From NCBI GenBank assembly GCA_010093605.1, contig MU004191.1:1100816-1164815 (forward strand): a DNA stretch of 64,000 bases. Reading direction: 5' to 3'. Positions within the stretch are counted from its first letter, which is position 1; every line of letters starts with the position of its first letter. The position numbers and the translations under genes were made by a program. Positions 27,895 to 39,428 of the stretch are shown here, piece after piece. The notes beneath the pieces are model-generated. The model saw only the letters and a program-made list of their open reading frames with translations. It made no database searches and was not told where the DNA came from. This DNA is from Lophium mytilinum. Lineage: Eukaryota.

Positions 27895-28366
27895 TGGAAG
27901 ACGCACTTGTGTATTATTAGTTATACTAGAGGATCAAGATAGATGCCTGGCGACCAAGGTTGCACATTTGAGAATTGTCTGCACCGCAAGCATTAGAGCT
28001 AAGAGAGATAGCTATGAAGCATCATAGTGAATTTGAAAAGAAAAATCGTTCAAAAGGTATCTCTGCGTGCATACATCCTTGCTCCCCCTTCTAATATGAG
28101 AGCATCAGTTATATCTACATCCCAAGATTGAAACGCCAAACTCCCCACCGAGTGACTCGTTGGGACTATCTCGGAGCGTGAAGCGCTGCTTCGCCGCCTG
28201 AAGGGAATCCGAAGGAGGATTTCTGCGTACCGGTCGCGCTTCGATACTAGCTCGAGTAAGGTGCACAACAGAGTATCCACATGGCTCTCGTACTCACTCA
28301 GCTCGTACCTACGCGTGCTGGCACGACTTCAACTGGATTGAAGTCGTCAACGGGTTTGTGACAGCT

Positions 28367-29469
28367 TCACTCTTCTTTGGGGCCAGGTCTGGGACCCATA
28401 CAGGTCACCAGTTGCTTGGACCGCGAAACGCTGTTGCATCTAGCGCTGTGCCAGATATTGTCCGTCATTTCCTTTTCGAGAACGTCTTTCTTATCTTCCG
28501 ACGGTCCGTTAATAAGGCTGTCCTTCTCTCCGGCAATCTCGTGATGGTGAAAGAGCTCTGGGTTGACACTGATGCAGCGTAATTCTTGTCCCTTGCAACG
28601 AATGTGTAGCCAGATGTCGAAGCCTTCGGAGCCATGATCATCGCGCGCTAGGATTTTCTTTGCGCCCTCCGCAGTGATCGCGTATGCGTATGTACAAATG
28701 GGTCCGGCAGAGTAGTGTATCCAGCGGATGTGTTTCGGATCAGGCGACACAGCCCCCTCCCAAGAGTTGATGTACGGAGGTACTGTGGGATCCGCAAGAG
28801 TTATGGGCTTCGGGTCGTAGACAACGTTCTCGCCACAGTGGCCCAGCCACAGGACGTCCCATTCCGTCCCATATGGAGGCAGGTGGAATGTTGGCTGCCC
28901 AGGTTCTTGAGAAGGCTTCTTGTATCGCGTCAAGTTTCGTACCGCCTCCGCTATTATTGGCATCTCCATCCTGATCCCCACGTCCCAATCCGCGTCATCT
29001 TCCAGTATGAGGGACGTCGCGTGTGTTGCGGCTGTTTTTAGGGCGTTCAGATGGCCGAGCCAAGACAATGCGCCCCCCTTCGACATCTGGTGTTTGGCTA
29101 TCATAGCACTTGTGTCTTTATCTGTCCACGCCGGCTGAACGGGAATCTGGATCTTGAGGCCAGTGTACGCAGCGGCTTTGAGTAAGCCATCTTTTCGCCA
29201 TCGGTATCGTTGAGGAGCTTTTGGGGGCGCAACCGCGAGGAGCGCTGCAAACTTCGCCAGGTTAGGGTCAAGAATATATACTTCTGGGAAATGGAAGTAC
29301 GCACTCCTAATGTCGCATTGCCGGCGCCATAGTCCACGATTCTAGGAGTCCAGAAGCCATTCGGATGGAAGCGCTGTACCAAGAAAATCGCGTTGCACAA
29401 CAACAGAGCAGCAATCAAGAACTTTGCGCGAAAAGGATTCAGATGAGGGAAAGATATCATGGTATACAT
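28367..29469 (-). CDS. Glycosyltransferase family 25-like (GT25-b), type II membrane protein
   Basis: TM helix KFLIAALLLCNAIFLV, GNATLG|FAALLAV (intron 29252-29304), WLGHLNAL, LILEDDADWD, WDVLWLGHCG, PICTYAYAI, VNPELFHH. Start 29469 or 29460; the frame is open back to ATG 29580. Confidence 0.9.
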
Positions 29470-29531
29470 GCGACGCAAAGACAAGAAATGGTACAAAGTG
29501 GCCTCATCGCGGGCCTCCACGATGACTTGAA

Positions 29532-29543
29532 TGCGGCACAGCA
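29532..29543 (+). promoter_or_regulatory. Cluster-shared 12-mer TGCGGCACAGCA, copy 2 (upstream of GT25-b)
   Basis: Exact match about 62 nt upstream of minus-strand ATG 29469. Confidence 0.6.
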
Positions 29544-30529
29544 GAGTAGGTAGTTTTTGAAGCTTGTAGCCTTCATCCATGCTGCGCGATGAGAAATTCA
29601 GCCCAGGGGCTCTCTAGCCGCTGCGTCCAGTCAATGCGCCGCCTGCCAGCCGGCCGCTCATGGATGTAACCGCTGCCGCTAACTTCAAACAAATACGGGC
29701 CGTCGCGCGGGGACCACACCGAAACTCTCTCGCCATATTTCCGATCTGACTTTGTGGAGTGCTTCGCGCATAGAGATATCGGCTTGAGGCACACGAGACG
29801 CCTAGGTACGTTCGACCGCTATGGACGCGGTGTTTCATGTTCTACCCTCAATAAATCCGATTCTCTGCAGCCGACTTGGCGACCTCCTGAGTCCATGGAC
29901 CCCTTGTATCGACACCAGTTGCTGGCTTTCTGTAAGGAACTAGAGCGAGATAGTAGCCGCATGGTGTGATTCGATTAGCTCCGGCTACATCCTCGATGAT
30001 CTTGGCCTCAGGAGAAAGCCAAGGAAGAAACCCGCTTACCCTCGCCTGGAAAGTCTGCCTCCCGGAATCCGGGCGCGTAGCTCGTCGCTGAGGCACAGCA
30101 CGGGTTGTGGAAATCAAGATCAGGAGTGGACCCTCGCATTACCACTGAGAAAGCCGAACGGGACCTTCAAGCCTTGCAAAGCTACCCAGTGATCGTGTTG
30201 GGCAAGCCACGGAGAACATCTCTGACCGTCAACCGTACAATGATCAGTGGGTTGGGAGTTCTAACGATACACGCCGTCCTTGTCTGGGATATGCTGGCTT
30301 TCTAGCCTATTGCTCTTTCTTGCATCAACATATCTCGATCGTTTAGACTGTCCCTGTACACGAACAGTGCCAGCTTCTTCACCCTTCAGCGGCTGTCGCG
30401 TTGGGCGCCTCCATGGACTCTGTGATTGAGCTGCCCCTGTAGCAGAGCTCCGCAAATGCTATACCCATGGCTAATTTTATGCAGCGTGTGGCAAGTAAGT
30501 TTCAAAGTAGCCGCTGCGCCCTGGCCATC

Positions 30530-30541
30530 TGCTGTGCCGCA
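30530..30541 (-). promoter_or_regulatory. Cluster-shared 12-mer TGCGGCACAGCA, copy 3 (upstream of the pepsin-fold gene)
   Basis: tgctgtgccgca on the + strand is the exact reverse complement, about 130 nt upstream of ATG 30672. Confidence 0.6.
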
Positions 30542-30671
30542 CTACCAAGCTCATGGCTACAATCATGGAAAGGTAGGCTGTACGACGGCGAGCGTCTCTC
30601 ATGTGGGCCACTCTCTTCACTGCCTCGTTTTCTTCATTCATTGTGCCAAGTCTCTGTACTTCGCTCTTTTC

Positions 30672-32414
30672 ATGATGGCTGGTACCGGTGTCACCATCAT
30701 GTTGCTTCTACTGTCTTTTTTGTTTAGCCTTCCAATCAATGCGCAGAATTCGAATTGCAGTTTTGCACCTGTCAACCTTCCCATACGACTGGTAGGGCTG
30801 CCAAATCAAGGCTTTACGCGAGGAGCTTACCTTGCGATGGGAACTCCTCGACAGAACTTCAGTGCCTTACCTATGGCGTCAGTAATGTGGTCGACTTAGT
30901 CGAGGAAGAAGTGTGTACTAACTTTTATCAGGGAAGTCAACAACACCTTCGTCTTTCACCATGACGACAAGTGCCAAAAGACCGAAGCGGCGTGCATGAC
31001 GTATCGAGGCGGATTTTTCGAGCCCGAGAACTCCCCTACCTACGTGAACCAGAGTGCTCCCAATGCCAAACTTAATCCCAACTTCGCCAGCTCCGAAAAG
31101 CTCACAGACGGAGGAACCCTCGCCCAGGACCAAATCACACTGCTCGATAACTTGACTATTCCGGACTTTCCATTTGGACTCGTCAATCAAAGTGTCAATA
31201 CCGGAAGACTCTTCAACTCCGTCTCCGCCGGGCTAGCATCTATCGGTCTCGGGAGAAATTCAACAATATTGTCTTCGCTCAAGAAAGCTGGTACTATTGG
31301 TTCGAGGAGCTATGGCTTTTGGTGGGGTCTTGACGGGGCAACAACACCAGCGCAGATGAACGGAAACTTGGTCCTTGGGGGCTATGATCAGGCCAAGATC
31401 AAGGACCTGTCGAAGAACCACACAGACAGGCTCACCTCACCAGGAACCTGCTCACAAGGCATGCTCATTACCTTCACAGAAATCAAACTCAACTTCCCAA
31501 ACGGCTCGGAACCGAATCTCCTAGATCAGTTTATTGGGGGCTATAACCTCCAAGCATGTATCTGCCCTTCCTGTGCGACGGTAATGTCCATGCCTTTGGA
31601 TCCTTACTTTTCTCGCTTCGTGGACTGGACAGAGTCCGTCCCTATCGATCGCTCTGTTGGAATCAACTTCTTCACAATGATGTATGCCGGTGGGACGGCA
31701 TACCAGGGAGACCTCACCTTTACAACGGACGCCGGTCTCTCCATTCGCGTTCCGAACAGTCAGCTAGTTCTCCCAGACCTCACCATTGCGGACGACGGAA
31801 GTATCGCCACCAATACTAGTGTGCAAGACCTCATGATTTACAGTCTTCAAGACGTAAACAAAAATGATATGCCACGTATCGGCAAATATTTCTTCACGGC
31901 AGCTTACTTGCACGTCAATAACGACGCCAACACATTCACAATATGGGAAGCGAATCCGACCACAGATACCGATGTAGTAGCTGTCTTGGACGATGACTTG
32001 GCAAAAGAATGCAACGTCGTCCAGCCGAAGGCCACCCCTATAGAATCCTCTGGATCGGTCCCGAGTAGCACAAGTTCCTCGTCGCCCACTGGAAGTCCAC
32101 CCGCCTCCAAATCGAATAAGCTAGCAGCCGGTGCTATCGCTGGTATCGCCGTGGGATCGGTGGCAGTAGTAGGCCTAATTGCCGTGCTATTGTGGCGGGG
32201 CCACTCCAGACGGAAACAAGAGAGGGCAGATGCAGCTGCGCAAGCCAATGCTGCTCTCAACATTTCACCTCCCTACCAACAAGCTGTGCAGACCCCTATG
32301 GTGGAGATGTTTGGACATGAACCACCAGAGGTGAAAGGGAGCGTGCTGCCACCTCAGGAGCTTTGGCCAGGCAGGCAAAAGTACGAACCGGACGTTCACG
32401 AGATGGCAGGATAA
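30672..32414 (+). CDS. Membrane-anchored pepsin-like (peptidase A1 fold) protein lacking catalytic DTG/DSG motifs
   Basis: Signal peptide, MGTPRQNF, IGLG, LVLGGYD, IGKYFFTAAYLHVNND typical of the A1 fold; Ser/Thr stalk, TM helix GAIAGIAVGSVAVVGLIAVLLW, cytoplasmic tail; intron 30878-30931. Confidence 0.85.
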
Positions 32415-33241
32415 CAAGAATTGGATACGATTGATGTTGATCTACGGGAAGCATGGGCAGAGCCTTTTGCTGCATATCTTTGTTTCTTGAGCGATTGTAT
32501 GATATTATTTGGATACCCGTTATGTCTATAGATATAAAAGTAGAAGACGTGTTTAGATAGTCGCCTAATTGCCAATTCAAAACATTAATTTCGAGGAAAT
32601 GTTCGCTCTCTATGAGCTAACTCGAGAGTGGCTGTTATGCTCCTGATGAACCACCCGGACTTGCAAAACCTGATGATAGTGAGTTCATAAGCTTCCGCGA
32701 AAGCGGTGTTAGACGCTAGATAAGCAACAAGATCAGGTAGCTTCAAGTCCAGCAAAAGCATTCAGTAGATCGCCAATAAAAGGGAGTGAAACGAGCACCT
32801 TCGTGTTGGCGTCCTGAAAAGGCCCTACACCGGTCCATAGGAAATTGTCTTCTCGTCCAAGGTTGCGGCGATGCCCCGTTGCCGCCCATGAGGCACAGCA
32901 GCAGCGGGTCCGAAATGCTAAAATAGTTCTTCGTGCAGATTGGTTCTGAAACCAAAGTCTCGCCCCATGCACCTCTGATACGGAAAGTCCAGGATATGAG
33001 CTAGGTGTGAGCCCCTTACAATGAGCCCTATTAACACTGTTCTGGCACGAAAATCAGCAGTGGGACTCGTAGGAGGTCGATTTAAGATTCCTGTGCTACA
33101 ATCGGCTAGCGCCAGTCCATGACGATCGTCCCGTGACCTTTAATATTACACGTATTTTCTCTACCTCGAACGCATAGATTCTTGAACTTCTTGATATGCC
33201 AAAGCGGTTCTATTGACGCTGGACCTCTATCTATAATTCTG

Positions 33242-34350
33242 TCATTGAAACACTTCCTGGTTTCTACGTCGATCCGGATCCCCAATACGCTGGATGCTTG
33301 AAGATTCAGAGGGCGGTGCCTGGTATATACGCTGGAAGGTGAGATCATAATTAGTCGCCATTCCTGGAGAAGAATGGAGTGATGCAACTTACTTCTGCAC
33401 ATTTACCGAAAACCTCACACGAGCACTCTTCAGCCGCGGGGCAGTAAACAGGCTCTCTACCGAATATGATATGCCACAGATATTCCATGATTCGGCCGCT
33501 GATGTCGTCAACGAGTTCTGTTTCTAGCAGCCATCGGCGGAAGTCCACATAATCATCCAATGGCCGTTTCAGAACCTGGTCTCTCGACACAGCAAACTGC
33601 GCACAGCACGGGGTTGCAATGACGCGAGGCGGCTCTGTACCGTCGAAGAAGCGCTGCCAGACTTCTAGCATATAGCCTTCTACTCCTAGCTCTCCCAGAG
33701 GAGGTTGTCGGAACATCTGCATTTCGTCTGGGCAACCAGGGTTGTGGATGCATCGCAAATTCACGTACCCATTCTTCTGTACGTAATCGATCCTCAGCCT
33801 ATCCAACATGTTCTTTGCCATATAGCCGGGGGCATCGTTATGCCAGGCCTGAGGCCAGCCACCGCGATGACTATGTATAAACGCCATGATTTTTGGAAGG
33901 TTGTGGTAATTATCGATGATGAAGGTGAGGTAAGGCATGGCTTCCTTCCCTTTGTTGGCCGCCGTATGCAAGGTTGAGTTTGCGTCATCCACGGCGTAGA
34001 TATAGCGTTCCCAACTAAATGGGTAAGCCTGAGTGCTCCCCTAAATCTACTGGTGTTGCTTACTCGGGCAGGTCCTCAGCGACCCAATCGATGTCTTCTC
34101 TTGCGAGCCTTCCCATCACGATGGCCTTCTCAGCGGCGACTTTCGGCGCTGCTTTTGGACCTGAGTCCACACTTGTCGGGCGAGCTTTTTGGTCATCTTG
34201 ATGTCCGTGGCCATCACTGTGTACTTGTTCGACAGGTATTGGGGAAGGATTTTCGGGAACTCCGAGACACGTATTTGAGGAACGCCGAATTAAAGCGATG
34301 GCTATAATTAGTAAAAGTGCCACTGCAACCCGAGATGGTCTCACGAGCAT
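33242..34350 (-). CDS. DUF3431 family type II membrane protein
   Basis: N-terminal TM helix; NKGKEAMPYLTFIIDNY, FIHSHR, WHND, GYVNLRC, PCCAQFAVS, SGRIMEYLWHIIFG; intron 34015-34063; probable last intron 33332-33392 (unspliced stop at 33351). Confidence 0.9.
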
Positions 34351-35017
34351 AGTGCAATGGCCTACCGCGAGAAAGAAAACTGTAGGAATCTCATGAGAAA
34401 AAGTATAAAACTAAAGAGTTTCTGATGAACGATACGGCGGAGAAGGAAAATCAAGGAGGGGGGATTGCATGAAAGGACATGGGATGAGCCGAGACATTGA
34501 TGCCGCGGGGATTGTTCAAATACCACGGTTATCCTAAGACTCTCGAAGGCGCAGGGTGATGCTAGAGAGCGGCGCAGTGCGGCACCAGATGCAGTGCAGC
34601 AAAAGCTCTCAGGAACATCGTTGCAAGTAGCGAATCAGAAGCACCCATTCTGCGCATAGGCGCCGACCGCATCAGCAAAAGCCACTCCCGGAGCGATCCG
34701 AGGGTTGGCGAGACTAAACACCTGTTCTCTGGATCTATTTTCTGCCTCGCGGCTCGATCCCCTTCCGCAAGTCGGCAGACCAACATAACTCCTGGAAATT
34801 CCCCACTACTTATGAGAGACGGGCGTCTGCAAGTCTATCTTCTCGTTTGGCGACCATGAGGAGTCTCCCAAGACGATGGATCATAGCCGCCGTCTGCTCT
34901 GTTCCTGTACCGGAACTCCGGCCGGTGGATTGTGGCATGAACAGAAACGTTTCATGTTATCCAGAATAGTACTACGCGCTGTCTATTACCGGATGAGCCT
35001 GTTGGTCTCAAGGGTGT

Positions 35018-35029
35018 TGCGGCACAGCA
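35018..35029 (+). promoter_or_regulatory. Cluster-shared 12-mer TGCGGCACAGCA, copy 4 (divergent DUF3431/GT25-c promoter)
   Basis: Exact match about 66 nt upstream of ATG 35096; a second GGCACAGC at 35054-35061. Confidence 0.6.
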
Positions 35030-35095
35030 CGGGGGGTATCAATACATGCACATGGCACAGCTTTTGAATTCATCATTTCCTCAATCACTCCCATC

Positions 35096-36354
35096 ATGTA
35101 TCCTCCTTACGGAAGCAAAATGCAATTACGTCTCTCTTCTCCCTCGCGGGGATTTGCCGTTAAAAAACCTCGAAATCGTCGACCTATCATTTTATCTGCA
35201 CTCGCTGTGGTTATAATATTTCTTGTATGGTCTCATTCGTACCAAGTCGTACTCTCATTCCCCAACTTCTCTTCGGCGCCAACGACTTTGCCTTCACCTG
35301 CGAACTCCACACTCGGCTTTGGTGCTATCATCGCAGTATCACCACCAAATTCGAAACGACGACAGGGCCTCCTACAGGCAGCCAATGTAACAGAGCTCGA
35401 CATAACCATCCCAGAGCTGCCAATCTGGACCGAGGAAGACGTAGAGCAGTTCCGAAGCCAGCAAGCCCCGACTGAAATGCGGTTCCCGATGATCGCAGCA
35501 TGGATGAGCCATCTGCGAGTGCTTGAATGGTGCGCACAGCACTCTTCACCCTCAAACACCCAAAGCTCACTAACATCTACTCAAGGTTCCTCTCAACCGA
35601 CCTAGAAACCGCAATGATCCTCGAAGACGATATGGACTGGGACATGCGCGCGCGCAGCCTCCAAGTCCCGCGCGCAGCCACCGCCCTGCGCGCTCTCTTC
35701 AACGCCACGCCAGAAGAACCACACGGCTACTACCCGCACCACTCGCACTGGGACGTGCTGTATCTCGGCCACTTCGACCGCTGGGCCTGGTTCGGCCAGG
35801 AGTCCGGCGTCGGCGTGCAAGTGCCCTCCGATCTGAAGGACGCCCAGGTCTTCGCCGACGACACGCTCCCACCGCGCTACAACATGGTACCCAACGTCGC
35901 CTCCATCCTAACAGCGCTCGACGTCCCGCCTCATTCGCGTGTCGTGCATCCCTCACGACAGCCGTTCGGGACATGGGCGTACGCCGTCAACCGGCGCTCG
36001 GCGGCCAAGATTCTCTCCGATGAAGTCGGCAGCCCGCGGGCGCCGAAGTGGGTGTCGGATAGCTTTGATAATACGATGGTGAGGGCGTGTGAGAACGGGC
36101 TGCTGCGGTGCTGGACTGTGTTTCCGGAGATCTTCCACCATCGTGAAGGGCTGCTGACGAGCATGATCAACCTCCCGAATGAGTTCAAGCCGACCAAGCT
36201 CGATGAAGAGCGGCGGAATCGGACTGGCGAAACGGATGGGATAGGGTGTGGATTTGTGAGTGGCGAGCTTGACTTTGGGGACGACGAGGAGAAGTTGGAG
36301 CGGCTTAAAGATGGTGCGAGGAGGGGAGTGTGTATGAAAGAAAGGAGATATTGA
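35096..36354 (+). CDS. Glycosyltransferase family 25-like (GT25-c), paralog of GT25-a
   Basis: TM helix, PANSTLGFGAIIAVS, WMSHLRVLEW, AMILEDDMDWD, YLGHFDRW, WAYAV, PEIFHH; intron 35530-35585 at the same codon and phase as in GT25-a. Confidence 0.88.
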
Positions 36355-36987
36355 AAAAGGATGAGACGGAGACTTTCAAGTTCATGTAACAATATGCGAT
36401 ATAACCATCAGATACATGATACCCAATTGGCCTCTTCAGACTTCAATCACATTAGCCACCATGAAGACAGAGTTTATCGTTTGACCAGTGGTATATTTTG
36501 CAGATAAGAAGACCCTTGAGCCATCTCTAACGTATGCAGTCGACTGAGAAAGAATTATGAAGTTGAAAGAGTTAGGAATCCACTTCAACCCGCGCTCGAA
36601 GATTAAGCAGAGAAGATTCTCCCTCCGAGACGCCAATCGTAAATGCAGTGAACCCCAGCCCCCCTTAGTCCCAGCCAGACCAAGCCCAAGAACCTTCGTT
36701 TGTCGTGATATCATGTCATTGACCGATGAACCACATTACCCAAACGAGATGGATACTTACCAACTTACCATTGCGCATAATGTCGGTGTTTGCTGCTTTG
36801 CGCCAGCATTTCGTCGTTCCAAGTTCCGCTCCCACCATCTGCCCTTCTCCTGCGCAATTGCTGAGAGCACCTTGACATATCATTGCGCAAGACCAAAGCT
36901 GTCACACACTCCCCCAACGCTCCTTCCAAACAATCTGCTCTGCTCGAACTCCCACGTACTCTCCTCCGCTACCAGGCCATCGAAAAT

Positions 36988-38793
36988 TTAACGAATCGTC
37001 ATTTGCTTGACGACGCTCGCTTTGGCAGTGGCACTGCTCTCCCTTGATGCTCCCGCTGAGCCCGCCTTCTTCTCGAACAACTTCCAGAACTTGAGCGACT
37101 CGTCCGCAGCTGCAGTTGCCAGCATCTGTCCATCGGGGCTCAGGCAGCTGTGCAAAACACGGGATTCGTGGGCCGGGATCTCGACGTTCTTGACAAGGGT
37201 AGGGTAGCTCCAGATGCTAAGGCTGTTGTCCGGGAAGCCGGAGCTGCTGACAATCTCCTTGTAGCCGGTGCTCCACCTCAGGCTCGTGACTTGGGATCCA
37301 GTGTCGATGCTGTTGGTACGAGCACCAGTAGTGGAGTTCCAGAAATGAATATGACGGTCGTGGCTCCCACCGCCGGTGGCAAGGAGGTTGGATTGCCATG
37401 GGCACCATGCCAGGGCCTTGACGGCGGCACGGTGGTTTGTCTTGGTGAACTTCGGGGCCTGGAGGCTACGGGCATCCCAGATTGAGACAAGGTTGTCGTT
37501 GGCGCCAGTGGCCAACTGTGCGCCATCAGCGCGCCATTCCAGACCGCAAACCTCGCCAGTGTGCGAGACGAGCTCGGCGACCTTGTGCTGAGCAATGCGC
37601 ACGTCGTGGTTGTACACAAGACCGGAGCGGGCACCGGTGGAGAGGATGTGCTTGTTCCATCCCATGACGCCAACGCGAGTCTCGTGGCCGAACATGCTTC
37701 GCAGCTTGGTGCCTTCCTCGACGTCCCAGATCTGGACTTCTCCCGTGCCAAGTCCGACACCGACGTAAGCACCATCACCGGACCACTTCACCGAAGAGAC
37801 GTAGGTGTCGGTGGGGACCTCAAGAAGTGATGAAACATTGCCAGACTCAGCAGACCAGATGTAGACTGAACGCTCGAGGCCAATGGCGACCTGGTTGCCA
37901 GAAGACCAGTCCAGGAGGTTGAGGTAGTAGTCGTCAACGAGACCTGGTGCATCGAGAACACGCTCTGGTGCCGAAGGAACACGACGACGGAACTGCGCTG
38001 AGAGACCTCCGGCTGGCTTGAGAGGTCGGTTGTATTGGGATCGGAGGTCAATGGGCTTCGATGATTCTGGAGCAGCAGGCTTGAACGCAAGTATGCGAGT
38101 GTTGAGTGACACACCACATGCGGAGGCTAGGGATGACTGGTATGCAACTGCATTTGGCGAGGGCTTGGTGTAGATCTGGCCGTCATCCTCACCGTCATCC
38201 AGGCACAAGCCTTCGAGGGAAAGTGTGGCATCGTCTTCGGATCCTCGTCCGCCGAGGTCAAAGGCGCTCGCAGCGGTGGCGAGAACTGCCGAGCCGTCGC
38301 CTTTGCTTGACTTGGGTCGGTTCTCGAGGTCAAGCTTGCCACCAACGTTGCAGATGGCGTCGCTAGCAGTCCGATTGGGGATGAAACGGTCGGCGGCGTT
38401 GTACGTGATCCTAGACTTCCCAACACGGGGGCGGATGGCACCGTCCTTGCGAGACTTCAAAGGTGTCTGCTTTGTCGATGCGGTATTGCCGGTGCCAGTC
38501 AATGTCCAGTCTGATACACCAAGCTCGAGCCGCCGAGGGGACTGGTTGGACCGAGCAATGTTGGACTTTGGCGAGTCACGGACCGAGGTCTTGGAGACTG
38601 AGCGGCCGGCAAGGCGTGACATGAAGTTGTTGGTGCCATGGATGGACTCTTGCTGTGCTCCGGGCACATCGGAGAGCTGGCGAGTTGGCGTACGGGGAGA
38701 GGGTGTCAGTGGCATCCGACCGCCGGCGGTACGGAGGTTGAAGGCACTCTTGTGAGTGTTCCGCACTGGCGTGCAGACTGCTGGGCTGGCCAT
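36988..38793 (-). CDS. CDC20: APC/C activator Cdc20 (Slp1/Fizzy), WD40
   Basis: C-box DRFIPNR, RILAFK motif, VLDAPGLVDDYYLNLLDWS, WD40 repeats, C-terminal IR tail; single exon. Confidence 0.96.
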   Translation of the reverse strand: MASPAVCTPVRNTHKSAFNLRTAGGRMPLTPSPRTPTRQLSDVPGAQQESIHGTNNFMSRLAGRSVSKTSVRDSPKSNIARSNQSPRRLELGVSDWTLTGTGNTASTKQTPLKSRKDGAIRPRVGKSRITYNAADRFIPNRTASDAICNVGGKLDLENRPKSSKGDGSAVLATAASAFDLGGRGSEDDATLSLEGLCLDDGEDDGQIYTKPSPNAVAYQSSLASACGVSLNTRILAFKPAAPESSKPIDLRSQYNRPLKPAGGLSAQFRRRVPSAPERVLDAPGLVDDYYLNLLDWSSGNQVAIGLERSVYIWSAESGNVSSLLEVPTDTYVSSVKWSGDGAYVGVGLGTGEVQIWDVEEGTKLRSMFGHETRVGVMGWNKHILSTGARSGLVYNHDVRIAQHKVAELVSHTGEVCGLEWRADGAQLATGANDNLVSIWDARSLQAPKFTKTNHRAAVKALAWCPWQSNLLATGGGSHDRHIHFWNSTTGARTNSIDTGSQVTSLRWSTGYKEIVSSSGFPDNSLSIWSYPTLVKNVEIPAHESRVLHSCLSPDGQMLATAAADESLKFWKLFEKKAGSAGASRESSATAKASVVKQMTIR

Positions 38794-39428
38794 TGCTGCT
38801 CCACTCCTACTAGCGGTGTATTAGCCAAGGCCCGGAGTATATATATGGTTGGGACATACAGTATGTTTTTTGGTTCTGCTGCTGGGTTTGGGTATTATTA
38901 GTATTATACAATGGTGTAACTGATGCAAAGAAGAACTTTGTACAGAGTAGTGATTGGGTTGAGTGCAATTGAAGGGGTGTGTGGTAGAGGGTGAGGAAGG
39001 CGGATGGTGGGAAGCAAGAGCTTGCAGAGGTGCCAGCGGCCTTTTGTAGCTTCTGTTTACGCCTGTCGTCGCTGTGGTGATGGAAATTGCGGCCCGTGCA
39101 CGAAAGTCACCTCCACTTCCCAGCTTTCTCAGGGCTGTGCGTTGCGCCACCGGGATGCCGAGCCAGGTGTGTTCGAGCCGGCAGCCGAGACGCCAAGCCC
39201 CGCTCCGCTCACGCTCACGTCGGCGCCAACGTCGCAGGTGCTGGGGGCGGTGAATCTTCAGCCGCTCCTTCAATTCGTAGCCTCACTGCCCGCCTTGCCC
39301 GCCCCGTTTGCCCTCCAGACGTAACCTGCAGGCCATTTCACCTCCGCTGCGTGCCTCACTCAGTCTCACGGCCCTTGATGGCCCTCGCTCGCTGCTCTGA
39401 ACAACTTTATCTAGTCTGAAGTCACTCA

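Noticed and set aside
30062..34921. CCGGA-N1/2-TCCGG palindromes at 30062-30072 and 34910-34921 in both divergent cluster promoters
   Set aside because: Only two copies with different spacers, and CCGG is common in this GC-rich DNA; too weak to call a second shared site
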